A stretch of 64,000 nt of DNA, taken from Basidiobolus meristosporus CBS 931.73 (taxonomy: Eukaryota; Fungi; Basidiobolomycota). The position numbers and the translations under genes were made by a program. Each line of letters starts with the position of its first letter. Positions within the stretch are counted from its first letter, which is position 1. Positions 39,036 to 50,053 of the stretch are shown here, piece after piece. The notes under the pieces are model-generated. The model was not told where the DNA came from. It saw nothing but the letters and a program-made list of their open reading frames with translations, and did no database searches. The stretch spans positions 68,058 through 132,057 of the forward strand of contig MCFE01000202.1 in NCBI GenBank assembly GCA_002104905.1, in the 5' to 3' direction.

Positions 39036-39383
39036 TTAATGGGCGGGACACTTGGTGCATTTGCAGTTATCATCACAGCAGCACTTGCCACTTTGACTTT
39101 CACACGTCAAACACTTGCAGTTGTCCTCACAGCAACATCTGCTCTTCTTGACCTCGCCGCATTTGCATCCGGATGGCTTATTCCCCTGGCAGTTGACGCA
39201 CTCACAACCACCCTTGCACTCGCAGGGTGGTACTTCAACAGTCTTGGTACACTTGCACTTCTCGCAGGTGCAGTTGTCTTTGCAAGAGCAGGTGGCCTTC
39301 ACTTCGGCCTTTTGGCATTGGCATTGCTCGCACTGGCAGTTCTCGCCACAGCAGCAGATCTTGACGGTTTGTTGGGAGGCCAT
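39036..39383 (-). CDS. Metallothionein-like protein, copy 4 (115 aa, part of one module deleted)
   Basis: Intact ORF lacking the CNCGEGCKCGSA segment of copies 1, 3 and 7. Confidence 0.8.
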   Translation of the reverse strand: MASQQTVKICCCGENCQCEQCQCQKAEVKATCSCKDNCTCEKCKCTKTVEVPPCECKGGCECVNCQGNKPSGCKCGEVKKSRCCCEDNCKCLTCESQSGKCCCDDNCKCTKCPAH

Positions 39384-40568
39384 GTCGCGGTGTTTATTCA
39401 GAATAGAGTATGCATGTACCAAGGCCGATTCCTGCTTTTTATATGCTTTCACTTGCTCACCCGCACCAATGGATCACCCATGCTGACCAATGGCGTATAT
39501 CGCGCCTCCGATCAAGGCCGGTCCAATCGCTCTCCTCTACTCCGAGAAATTCGTCACATGATAGCATCGGCGTTGATTTTTCGTCATGTTCAATCCACGA
39601 TTAGTAAGTGATCATTCCCAACGGCAAAAATCACGCATTGGATCGACGAAGCATCTCCTTTAGGCAAATCTCTGGACTTTTCCATAGTAACCCAATGGAC
39701 GCGGCTTTACTGCGAGTGGTAGATGGACGTTTAATGCATACCAAAAGTTAGGTTACAAGCAGGTATGATGCAACGGTCAGATAGGGAGTTATTGTCTTTG
39801 AGGAATATAGCATGTTTGGCCTGCTATGGCCCCAAGAAGATCAATTGGACTGTTGATGAGTTTATGAGAGATTTACGCCATTAGAGGATGCTGTGAGATG
39901 TGTTGTTCCAGCTGGGAGGGTGATTGTATAAAAAGCAGGATTCGGTCTTGATGCGTGCATACTCAGTTCTTTACAAACTATTAAATATGGCTTCCCAAAA
40001 AAAACAGTCAGGAATTGTTGGTGTGACGAACGTTTCCAATGTTCAAAGGTGCGGGTGGAGGCGAAGGCCAGAGCAACCAGTGCATTAAGTGCGCTGCCCA
40101 CAAATATTAGAAAAGCCTAACCCTGCATACACTCCCATCATATCTTGTAAATTTTCTCGAACTATAATATAAAGGTATAATAAGTTGGCTACAAATCTAC
40201 CCTTTGCCCCTTCTTTCCCTACACTATCAACGGTTCCCACTATTTCTCGCTTGTAGATCTTAGTCACAGAACCTTGAGTTCATCATATTCTGTACAACAT
40301 TCAGAGGAAATCTCTCCTTCATGCCCAATGCACTGCAGAAGAATGTCGGATTGTAGATTATGGAAAACTTCACATTGCTTATCACACGTTTCCTCAATGA
40401 ACTCCGAAATAAGTGATTTTCACCAATCCAAGTGGAGACCCAACCTACAGGAATAAAGAATAAACCGATAACGCCATAACGATGATAGTCCAGCGGAATT
40501 GATTTATTTGGAATTCCAAAGCACAAGCTTGGAAGATATCTTATGGAGATATACCGCACGGTGAGTGA

Positions 40569-40914
40569 TTAATAGGTGGGACACTTGGCGCACTCGCAAA
40601 TGCTGCTACAACAGCAGGTACCGCTATGGCTTTCGCACAACTCACAATCGCGGTCGCTCCCGCAACAACACTTATTCTTCTTGATCTCGTCGCATTTGCA
40701 GCTGGATTGCTTTCCCCTAGCAGTTGATGCACTTGCAACCGTCCTTGCACTCGCAAGGTGGTGCCTCCGCAGTTCTGGCGCACTCACATTTCTCGCAGGT
40801 GCAGTTATCTTTACAAGGGCATGTGACTTTCACTTCGACCCTTTGGCATTGGCATTGTTCGCATTGACAATTGTTGCCACAACAACGGATCATGGCGGTT
40901 TGTTGGGAAGTCAT
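40569..40914 (-). pseudogene. Metallothionein pseudogene (copy 5)
   Basis: CAG to TAG stop after CKCINC plus a frameshift; the remainder is recognisable in another frame. Confidence 0.85.
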
Positions 40915-41755
40915 GTTGGAATGTTTAGTGGTGACAGAGTATGCAGGTGTCAAGGCCGATTCCTGCTTTTTATAAATTCATTTTCAAGTTAGAACGACGC
41001 ATCTCGCTATTTCCTCCAATGGCGTAATTCTCGCCATGCTTTATGATCAATCCAATCATCCGTGTCGCCTCCTCTTAGTGACAGACGCGGTTCTTCACGA
41101 ATAATTCTCCACAATGCTACAAACTGATGATATGTGAATCTCCCCCAATAGCTAAAATAACGCAACGGATGAATCCCTAAGCTTATCGAGGGTTACACAG
41201 TATACGAGGCTTCGAATAGTAGAATCATGTTTGATCCGCATCGAAAGTAAAGCCAAAAGCCGGATCCAGAACATGATCGGAGAAGCGTGTGAAGTAGTGC
41301 CTAGAGTGGAAGCCAGCCGATCTGTGATGTACATTTCTGGGAGGTGGTTTGATTCGACACCTAATCACCTTTTTGAATCATTGCGTAACCTGAAGAGTTT
41401 GACTTCGCAGGGTGTGTTGAGTACAACCGGCATGTGTTGGCAGCTTCATTCGTAAGGAAAGTCCGATGAGTTGCATATAGATCATATCGCATTCCAGTCA
41501 CCACACAGGATTCATTCGAAATTAGTGAAAGTATATTTACCACTATCGCCCATTTGGTTTTCGGGTCATCTAGTTCCGTAGGAATCGACACAAAGCGTAC
41601 TGGCGCGGAGGTAACCAGGCTGGTTAAGTGGTACGGTATGATTTACGCTATTAGGAGGTATGGGTGATCCGTTGGTCCGGAGTGGAAAGTGAATTTATAA
41701 ATAGCAGGAATCGGCCTTGGCACCTGCATACTCTAACACCATTAAACATTCCAAC

Positions 41756-42060
41756 ATGGCTTCCCGACAAATCGTCAAGATCTACTGCTGTGGCGAGAAC
41801 TGCCAGTGCGAGCAGTGCCAATGTCATAGGTCGAAGTGAAGGCCGCCTGTTCTTACACTGATGACTGCACCTGCAAGAAGTGCGAGTGCGCCAAGGCCGT
41901 TGAAGTGCCACTCTGCGAGTGCAAGGGCGGTTGCAAGTGCGTCAACTGCCAAGGCAAGAAGCAATCCGGATGCAACTGTGGCGAGGGGTGCAAGTGCGGC
42001 TCCGCCTGTAAATGCGGCGAGGCCAAGAAGAACAAGTGCACCAAGCGCCCTACTCACTAA
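41756..42060 (+). pseudogene. Inverted metallothionein pseudogene (copy 6)
   Basis: Opposite strand; 1-nt deletion after CQC (CATAGG versus CAAAAGG) and loss of the last two modules. Confidence 0.8.
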
Positions 42061-42487
42061 TTCATTAGAAAGACTTAACCCTCATTACTTCCGCCATTGT
42101 ACCTTGTAAATTTCCTCGGAAGTATTTGTCATAACAAATTAGTTCCGAACCTGCTCTTTGCCATTGAAGCCCTATTATTATTGGAATTTTCTTCTACGCC
42201 TCAGTTACCGAACCTTGTCCCCTTTACTTCCTGGTAGCAGATAATATGTTCAGTCATAGTGCATTAAACCGACACAATATGTATGAAACGCATCGTTTTG
42301 TATGTCACTTGATTCAAAATCAATTCATAATCGAACAACTCGATGGAACATGAAAAAGCCAAACACTCTGGCCTAGCGAACACAGGAAAACGTCAAATAC
42401 TATGATTGCGAAGTAGAATTTATTGGTGTGGAATGAAATAGTACAAGTGTAGAGGGTTACTTTGGAGATATACATTGTAATGCGCAT

Positions 42488-42871
42488 TTAATGGGTGGGG
42501 CATTTGGTGCACTTGCAGTTGTCACCACAGCAGCACTTGCCACTTTGGCCTTCGCACGACTCGCACTTGCAGTCGTCCCCGCAGCAGCACTTACTCTTCT
42601 TGGCCTCGCCGCATTTACAGGCGGAGCCGCACTTGCACCCCTCGCCACAGTTGCATCCAGGTTGCTTCTTGCCTTGGCAGTTGACGCACTTGCAACCGCC
42701 CTTGCACTCGCAGGGTGGCACTTTAATAGTTTTGTCGCACTCGCACTTCTCGCAGGTGCAGTTGTCCTTGCAAGAGCAGGTGGCCTTCACTTCGGCCTTT
42801 TGGCATTGGCATTGCTCGCACTGGCAGTTCTCGCCACAGCAGCAGATCTTGACGGTTTGTTGGGAAGCCAT
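42488..42871 (-). CDS. Metallothionein-like protein, copy 7 (127 aa)
   Basis: Intact ORF near-identical to copy 1. Confidence 0.85.
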   Translation of the reverse strand: MASQQTVKICCCGENCQCEQCQCQKAEVKATCSCKDNCTCEKCECDKTIKVPPCECKGGCKCVNCQGKKQPGCNCGEGCKCGSACKCGEAKKSKCCCGDDCKCESCEGQSGKCCCGDNCKCTKCPTH

Positions 42872-44263
42872 ATTGGAATGTTTAATGATGATAGAGTATG
42901 CAGGTACCAAGGCCGATTCCTGCTTTTTATACATTCACTATCCAAGCCGGAACAACGCATCTCGCCAATTCCTCCAATGGCGTAAATCTCGCCGTACCTT
43001 ATGATCAATCCAATCACTCATCTTCACTTTCTCAACCGGACCGATCTTTCTTACTGTATCCACCAATGCCTCGTGATCGGTCCAATTGTCCATCACTTCC
43101 TCACGTGAATTGTGCCACTTTCATTTATCATCACCTATGGACGATTGGTAGGCCGTTGCAATAGCTAAAATCACGCATGCGAATGATGGTGCAGCTCCTT
43201 TAAGCAGCTCTCTTGGCCTTCTCTATGGTTACACAGTAGATTATGGGCTATCTGTAATATAGGGAACTCCTGTCTAGGAAAAGTATATGAAAATCTGCTA
43301 GTAACGAGCGCCAGCCTGACTATTTCTTGAATGCGGCTCCTTTTGACACTCGACCCAGTAGTTTTGAAAAATGCGTAACTAGGCGAAATTGTTTGCGTGG
43401 AACCCAATCGTCTGAGCACATTCACTATGAAAGCAACTCCCGACAACAATGACTTGAACATATTTCATCCAGTGTGGTGAACATTGCCCACACTATTTTC
43501 CCTTCAAACGAGGATTCGCGTTACTCCTGAACAACCCATAAATCCCGAGTATTAAACACAGTTGTTGAAATTTTTGATTTTTAAAAGTATTGTTGAGTTC
43601 TCAGGTCAGCAATCGACCCAACCCGGGTTGCAATCCGGGTGAGCCTGGGTGGTATTAATCATTAGTGAGTAATGATCCCCAATTACATCATAAAGAAAAC
43701 TATATGTTATTTATAAAATAACAGGTAAAAGTTTCCTACTGAGAATTGAAGTGTCACGAAGACGCCTGGGTCGTATTTAAAGTCAACCAGACCGCTGTTG
43801 ATATTGTGGGATACGTAGCAGGGGGGGGGGAATTGTTGAGAACTCCTAACCAGACCTATCCATTGGCTGACTGGCTGAAAAAAATCACGTTCCCTGCGGG
43901 TAGATTTAAGAAAATGAGGAAAAAAAAAGATAGCTCTATCGGGATGATTTTCGTACAGTTCGTAAACGGAAGCCGTCACTAAACAACAATCTCTTGGGAA
44001 TCTGGTGGGGGTTAGCGATAGATTGGTTTCTGAATAATGACCAAATATCCTGCAGGATTGACATCAGTTGATATTTCTCCGATGTGAATGATCGGCACGA
44101 GATACTAGGCCTATTTGACTCTGTAAAATTGTATTGTATTCCGATGCGTCAAATATCCGAAAGGGGCCTGTCTTTATTGCAAGTTACTTCTTCATCAATT
44201 TAAACCTTTGTCATAGATACTAAGTACGCACAGGTCAGGTCTCAGACTATTTTAACATTGTTA

Positions 44264-44574
44264 TGTTACGTACTTAAAGAGTAATGTCCTTTAGAGAGTA
44301 CGAAAAGGGATAACGTGTATGTTATCTTGTGTAAGAATATCTCTTTAAAAGGTTAGGGTGGTGACTTTGTAGAAATATATTCAAGCTAATATTCGTTCCT
44401 ACTACGCTCTTCTGCCTATAACCAAAAACTCCCTTTTTATTTAGTTGCTTGTTTAGTATTTATACCTTATTGTGAGTCTGGTGATTTGTCTTTGATTTGC
44501 TTCTCCCTGGCTACTAAGTCGTCTTTGTATGCGTTGATGTCACTTAACATCGAGTGACTCTTTACTCAGTAACA
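44264..44574 (-). mobile_element. Solo LTR 1 upstream of tRNA-Arg
   Basis: Perfect TGTTAC...GTAACA termini. Removing LTR 2 restores a GTTA/GTTA 4-bp target-site duplication. AATAAA on the minus strand. Confidence 0.8.
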
Positions 44575-44576
44575 GT

Positions 44577-44838
44577 TGTTACAGTTAAGGCCCGAAAATC
44601 CTGTTAGCGTTACCTACAAGCCTAGTACCTACCATGGTATCACCTTACCAAGCCTGGACCAAGGCTAAGGAATACTTAAAAGGACAGGCAAGAAAAGGAA
44701 CAGACAGTTAGTTATAGTTATTAGCTCCAATCCGTCCTTGACCCATCCTGACCCAATCTCCCAAGACCCCTTTGAATAAACCTACTCTTAGTACCTATTC
44801 CCGAGATCCTATCTCTATCTGTACCAAGAGTTACAACA
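44577..44838 (+). mobile_element. Solo LTR 2 upstream of tRNA-Arg
   Basis: TGTT...AACA termini, AATAAA near 44785, flanked by a CAGT/CAGT 4-bp TSD. Confidence 0.8.
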
Positions 44839-44849
44839 CAGTTAAATTC

Positions 44850-44922
44850 GGCCTCGTAGCTCAGTGGATAGAGCGTCCGCCTCCTAAGCGGAAGGTCCCA
44901 GGTTCGACCCCTGGCTTGGTTG
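44850..44922 (+). tRNA. tRNA-Arg (CCT) with an imperfect acceptor stem (possible pseudogene)
   Basis: GGCCTCGTAGCTCAGTGGATAGAGCGTCCGCCTCCTAAGCGGAAGGTCCCAGGTTCGACCCCTGGCTTGGTTG followed by a T-run terminator. D, anticodon and T arms are intact. Confidence 0.85.
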
Positions 44923-45780
44923 CTTTTTATTTATTTATTCCTATCAATGTGAGGTAAAACAGCCTTTTGCCCCAAGCGCAGCAGAGTGACACTTCACTCA
45001 ACGTCTTCAAATATGACACCATATGAACTGTTGGACAACCCGTTATTGCTCTTGTTATGCACTCAGATGAATGGCAAGCTAGAAGCCGAATGGGCCAACC
45101 CTAGTCACATCCAAAGTTGTTGAATTTGCGGTCATGAGATGACTCAACTTCTCACCGGAAGTCTCTGTGTTAAGAGATAGGTTGGGAATGCTCTGGGCTG
45201 CATGGGTATTTGATGCTTCAGACACACACTTCAGCCGAACGTGTACATGAAAGTATGATCAGCCATTTCAAGTTATGTGGACAGTGGGGTGGAGTGAGAA
45301 TACATCTAAAACGGGCAATACTCATGGTATGGAAGTCCGCACACACCCCACTTGTCAACATTTTCATGGGTACTCGGGGAATTCTTGGTTCGATTACCAC
45401 ATGAATCTCCATGTCATTGTCCGAATCAAAGAGTACTTCTTCCACAGCACTACTTCACTAATCACACACGTTCAGCTCTATTTATCCCAACTAGGTCCAC
45501 ACTCTGCCGGACCTCATGGTTTCCACCTCCTACAATCGACCATTTACCTCCGAAAGAAGCCTTCTTATACAAGTAAATACACAGGAAGCTACATCAGTTC
45601 TTGACCATTCGATTGCTGGCTTCCATCAGAACATCCACATGGTTCACGAACCCGACGCACCCCAGCGGGAATGATCCATGTCATTCAAAATCAACCCAAA
45701 GTGCAGATTTAGACGAGGCGAAGGGGAGTTTATTTTCAACACCAGGAGGGATCGGAGTCTATTCGAGGCGGTGGGAATGC

Positions 45781-46032
45781 TTAGTTCTTGCTGTAGCAGC
45801 CGCCCTTGTTGCCACTGTGGCAACAGGATTGGAACTTGTTGAAGGTGGACTGGCTCCAGTCGGCGAGGGCTCCCCATTGGGTAACCCCGCGGTTGAGGAC
45901 GGTGACCGCGCAGTATTCGGTGTTGACGGGATCGATGCCAGCGTTGCAGGAGTTGCGGGTTTTGGAGCACCAGTAGTAGGCGGTGCCGGCGTTGGCGACG
46001 CCGAAGAGTCCAACGAGGGTGAGAAGTTTCAT
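45781..46032 (-). CDS. Small secreted 6-Cys peptide (83 aa precursor)
   Basis: MKLLTLVGLFGVANA signal peptide; mature part has a C..C..C..CC..C pattern; TATAAAA upstream and AATAAA downstream. Confidence 0.75.
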   Translation of the reverse strand: MKLLTLVGLFGVANAGTAYYWCSKTRNSCNAGIDPVNTEYCAVTVLNRGVTQWGALADWSQSTFNKFQSCCHSGNKGGCYSKN

Positions 46033-46886
46033 CTGGGTAAGGGAAGAGGGTCTGTCTGGTGGTCGGTCAAGATCGAGAGCGCAGATCACTTGCCGTTGAT
46101 GATGGTGCGCTTGATTCTTTTATACTCCTTTCTCTTGTCAACTTCCTCTTGGGAGCGAAGATTTTCGTCAATAACCACCTCACATCTCCGCCAATGGTGG
46201 CTCACGTTCACGTAGATCCTCACTTAATCAGGCTTGTGGATCATATCTCCAGTTCCCAACTAAGGGTCCACGAATGAGGACCTCACGTATCCTCACCTAA
46301 GCTCGACCGAACGTCGCACCGCTGAATGAGCTAACCAGCTCTGTGTACGCACTGGTGCGAACTGGGGGTCAATTAATTTCAGCCATATCGGTGCATGCAT
46401 GGGACCCCGGTGGAAAGTCCAAGCAAACGGTTGACCTGATTCTCAGTTGGTAAGATACCGGTTCCATAAAAGCCGAAATCTCAACCACTCGGATCCATCC
46501 GACTCGTATGGCTGAGGATGATCCATGCTTAATTCGACAATCGTGTGAAGGGTGTCGGAGGTAGATCTAGGGCTAATGGGGGCGATTTTGAGGATGCTAG
46601 ACTGTAAAGATAGGGTGGAACTTGAATGCCAAGAGGTTACGTTTCCAGGTGCTGGTTGATACTAGTGTGGAAACAAAGCCTGAAGAGCATCATGAAGCTG
46701 AGAGTGCAGTCACCTAATAGAAGGATGCTTGGTTAGAACTCCAAGCTGGCGGCCGCTCCATCGGTGATGAGTGGGTGTATAGCGATTGATGGATATTCAG
46801 TGGTATAGTTATAGTATATATAAATGGGATTTATTCGGTATCCAGATTATGCATGAGAGATTTGGTACGATGAATGAGCAGTAAAA

Positions 46887-47780
46887 TTATTGCCCACGTG
46901 CAATAGTAGCGGTAATGTAGCCAGAGGGGTCGCTAATGGGTTGGAAAATGTTCATGTCCTTGCCTTCGTTGGGAAGGTTGAAGGGTTTCAGGTTGATACT
47001 GAGGTAGTGCTTGTTCGGGAGTGCATAGCTGATCTCGCGAACATCCACATTCTGAACCAACACCTTCTCACCCATCTGGTACATGGTGGCTTGCACCGAG
47101 GCGGAGTCGTCAGTGGCAAAGGTGCTGAGGGTGATCTCACGAACACTGTTGGCAATCTCGTCGAATGGAATCTCTTCGATCTTGGACTTCTCGAGGTTGT
47201 AGGTCCACTTGGCATCGACACTAGTGGAGAAGATTCGGTCAGTGGCGTCTTGAAGGGTAGTGTACTCGCAGCGGTGGAAGTTGGTGAAGGCAGAACCAGT
47301 GGACTTCAACACAAGGAGATCCTTGAGGCGAGACTCAATGGACACCTTTCCATCCCGAGAGACTGTCATCTCGACACGTCTAGTCTCATCGCCATCACGG
47401 AGGAAGGAGTGAGGGTGGAGTTGGCCATCGATCTCAACACGGGTCCAGCGGTGTTGGATGAGCTTGATGAAGACATCATCGACGTGGGAGTATCTGTTGA
47501 TGAAGTGTTGGCCAATCTCGTAACCAAAGCGCTCGATGGTCTGGACATTCTCAGACTTCTTGGCAAGGACGTAGAGGGTGTTCTTGACAGTGTCAGTTGG
47601 GACAACAACAGAGTTGTCAGCCTCGGTGTAGGAGGTCTCGAACTTGCCATCGAGGAGGACTTGAGCAGTGAGCTCGACAACATCATGCCAGTTCTTGGTG
47701 TGGCGGATGACCTTGGTGATGCGAACCTTGGTCTTGCCGTAGGCTTGCTTCTTTAGGTAGGCATTGGAGGTGTTGGCCAT
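46887..47780 (-). CDS. UOX: Uricase (urate oxidase), paralog 1
   Basis: YGK, DNSVVVPTDTVKNT, LLVLKSTGSAFTNFHRCEYTTLQDATDR, SASVQATMY, LPNKHY. Confidence 0.97.
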   Translation of the reverse strand: MANTSNAYLKKQAYGKTKVRITKVIRHTKNWHDVVELTAQVLLDGKFETSYTEADNSVVVPTDTVKNTLYVLAKKSENVQTIERFGYEIGQHFINRYSHVDDVFIKLIQHRWTRVEIDGQLHPHSFLRDGDETRRVEMTVSRDGKVSIESRLKDLLVLKSTGSAFTNFHRCEYTTLQDATDRIFSTSVDAKWTYNLEKSKIEEIPFDEIANSVREITLSTFATDDSASVQATMYQMGEKVLVQNVDVREISYALPNKHYLSINLKPFNLPNEGKDMNIFQPISDPSGYITATIARGQ

Positions 47781-48261
47781 TTTGTGGATGGGTGTTTGGC
47801 TAATGCTCTGTGTGAAATAGTGATGAGGGTTTCTCCCGATTATATAGTACATAGTTGGCTTGCATTAGCATAATGCTGGGTCGGTTCTCTGGTAGTCTCG
47901 GCCTTTGTTCGCACTTGTCCTCCTATCGTCGAAGGGTACATCAAGTTGCCACCCAACATAGATATTCTCAACGATTGAGATCTACTCCACATCCTTTAAT
48001 TTCGCTCCTATCACAGATGAGCTGTGTGACATAAACTGCCGTGTCGCCAGTCCAATAAGTCAAATCTGATCTATTCAGCTGGCATAACTAGCTACTGATC
48101 TAAGTCTAGACTCAGATTTTGGGAGCTGGACTAAAGGTGACTAGAATATGGTCTTAGCGCCAGTCCGAAGCTATACGTGTGGAGATGGAAGCAAATACCG
48201 CTGCTCGTATATAAAGTGGTACTAGGTCGTAGATAGTAGTAATTATCTACTATCTTACAAA

Positions 48262-49152
48262 ATGTCCGGAGCAGCTGAGCTGAAGCGTCAAGCCTATGGC
48301 AAGGCCAAGGTCAGAGTCACCAAGGCTATCCGTCACACCGCCCAATATAACGACATTGTCGAGCTCACCTGCCAAGTGCTCCTTGAGGGTGACTTCAAAG
48401 AGGCCTACACCAAGGCTGACAACAGCATGGTTGTCCCCACTGACACCATCAAGAACACTTGCTACGTTATTGCCAAGAAGTCCGACCACGTCCAGACCAT
48501 CGAGCGCTATGCTTACGAGCTTGGCAAGCACTTTGTTGACAAGTACTCCCACGTCACCCATGCCAGTGTCCACATTGTCCAACAACGTTGGGCCAGAATC
48601 AATGTCAATGGTGAGCCGCATCCTCACTCCTTCTACCGTGATGGCAGTGAGACCAGAGAGACCTGGGTTACTGTTGCTGCTGACAGAGTGAGCATCAAAT
48701 CGGGATTGGAAGGGCTGCTTGTGTTGAAGACCACCGGCTCCTCCTTCACCAACTTCCATCTCTGCGAGAACACCACCCTTCAGGATGCCGATGACCGAAT
48801 CTTCTCCACCACTGTCAAGGCCCACTACAACATCGACACCTCAATCGGTGTCGAGAACGTTCCATTTGACCGCATCTTTGAAGGAGTGCGCAAGACCACC
48901 CTGGATGTGTTCGCTCACGATGACTCTGCCTCCGTTCAGGCCACCATGTACCGTATGGCCGAGTTAATCTTGAGGCGGTTCCCTGAAGTCCAGGATGTGT
49001 ACTACGCACTGCCCAACAGCCACCACTTTACTACCAACCTTGCCCCCTTCAATCTACCCAATGCTGGCCAGGAGATGACGATTTTCTCGCCAGTGACTGA
49101 CTTCTCTGGATACATCACTGCCACCATTGGTCGTTGTGGTAACAAATTTTAA
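48262..49152 (+). CDS. UOX: Uricase-like protein, paralog 2 (divergent active-site neighbours)
   Basis: YGK, DNSMVVPTDTIKNT, LLVLKTTGSSFTNF, SASVQATMY, LPNSHH; ends in NKF. Confidence 0.93.
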   Translation: MSGAAELKRQAYGKAKVRVTKAIRHTAQYNDIVELTCQVLLEGDFKEAYTKADNSMVVPTDTIKNTCYVIAKKSDHVQTIERYAYELGKHFVDKYSHVTHASVHIVQQRWARINVNGEPHPHSFYRDGSETRETWVTVAADRVSIKSGLEGLLVLKTTGSSFTNFHLCENTTLQDADDRIFSTTVKAHYNIDTSIGVENVPFDRIFEGVRKTTLDVFAHDDSASVQATMYRMAELILRRFPEVQDVYYALPNSHHFTTNLAPFNLPNAGQEMTIFSPVTDFSGYITATIGRCGNKF

Positions 49153-50053
49153 TCTACCATCATTTCACTGTAAAATTCGTTAAATAAATCTTTTCGAATA
49201 AATTTATCACCAACTCTCATCAATCATGTTTAAAGCGGTAATCTATTATTGATACAACTGGGTACTTGCTCCCTTGTCGGAACAAATGAACGATTAAGAT
49301 TATACATGATTATGACAGTTTAGCCACCATGATACGAACAGCCACACGTAACCATCAACCAGTAATCGGTATCTGTGGACAGTATTCCTCGGGAATGTGG
49401 ATATATGCACCCAAAAACGATCGTTGTTTGAGTAGATGTTTGGTGCAATGTGTTCTGGTTAGTTCACTCGTTATTACTTACACTATTCACTATATGCATT
49501 CTATACTACAATACTCCTGGTAGATCGACTTTGTTAATGGGGATAATTGAATTTTAGTAGACAGCATACATTCCAAGTAGACACTAACAACTCTATACAG
49601 ATTTGAACCGGGCTTTGACCAATATTGAAAAATGCTTTCACTTTGATGAAGCCTTGAAAACGATGAGATTATGATGTCTTTGCAGTAACAGAAAGTCGCT
49701 TTTACCTCTCAAGGTATTCAGTAAAAATAAGGTAATCACATGAAACACGATGAATAGTAAAAGGACTTGACCAAGCATCGTTGCATTGTTTCCGCAACGA
49801 ACCGGAGGATTGGCCAAGTATGAAATCACAGCATAGGGATCATTATTCGGTGATTCCAGGGCTACACCAACTGTACAGGGATGGAGATGATACACAGTGT
49901 TTGAAATGCCAAAACAACCACTGGGTTACAGAGGCTCAGTTCTAGGCTGCATAGAAAGTATCAATCAAACTAATTGCAACATTCCTGCAGCGACTCACAA
50001 TCAGTACATAAAAAAGTGATTGGAACATCCACATCCTCACCAGTCTGCCCTCC

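Noticed and set aside
35904-43004. Hydrophobic Ala/Leu-rich and His/Gln-rich ORFs antisense to the metallothioneins
   Set aside because: Mirror images of TGC/AAG-rich codons; the sense strand has the TATA box, start context and poly(A) signal.
43560-43660. ACCCGGGT-rich palindromic patch resembling a DNA-transposon end
   Set aside because: No matching second terminus or TSD found in the window.
46890-47756. 288-aa ORF antisense to uricase 1
   Set aside because: Expected from strong codon bias on the real gene; no recognisable domain.
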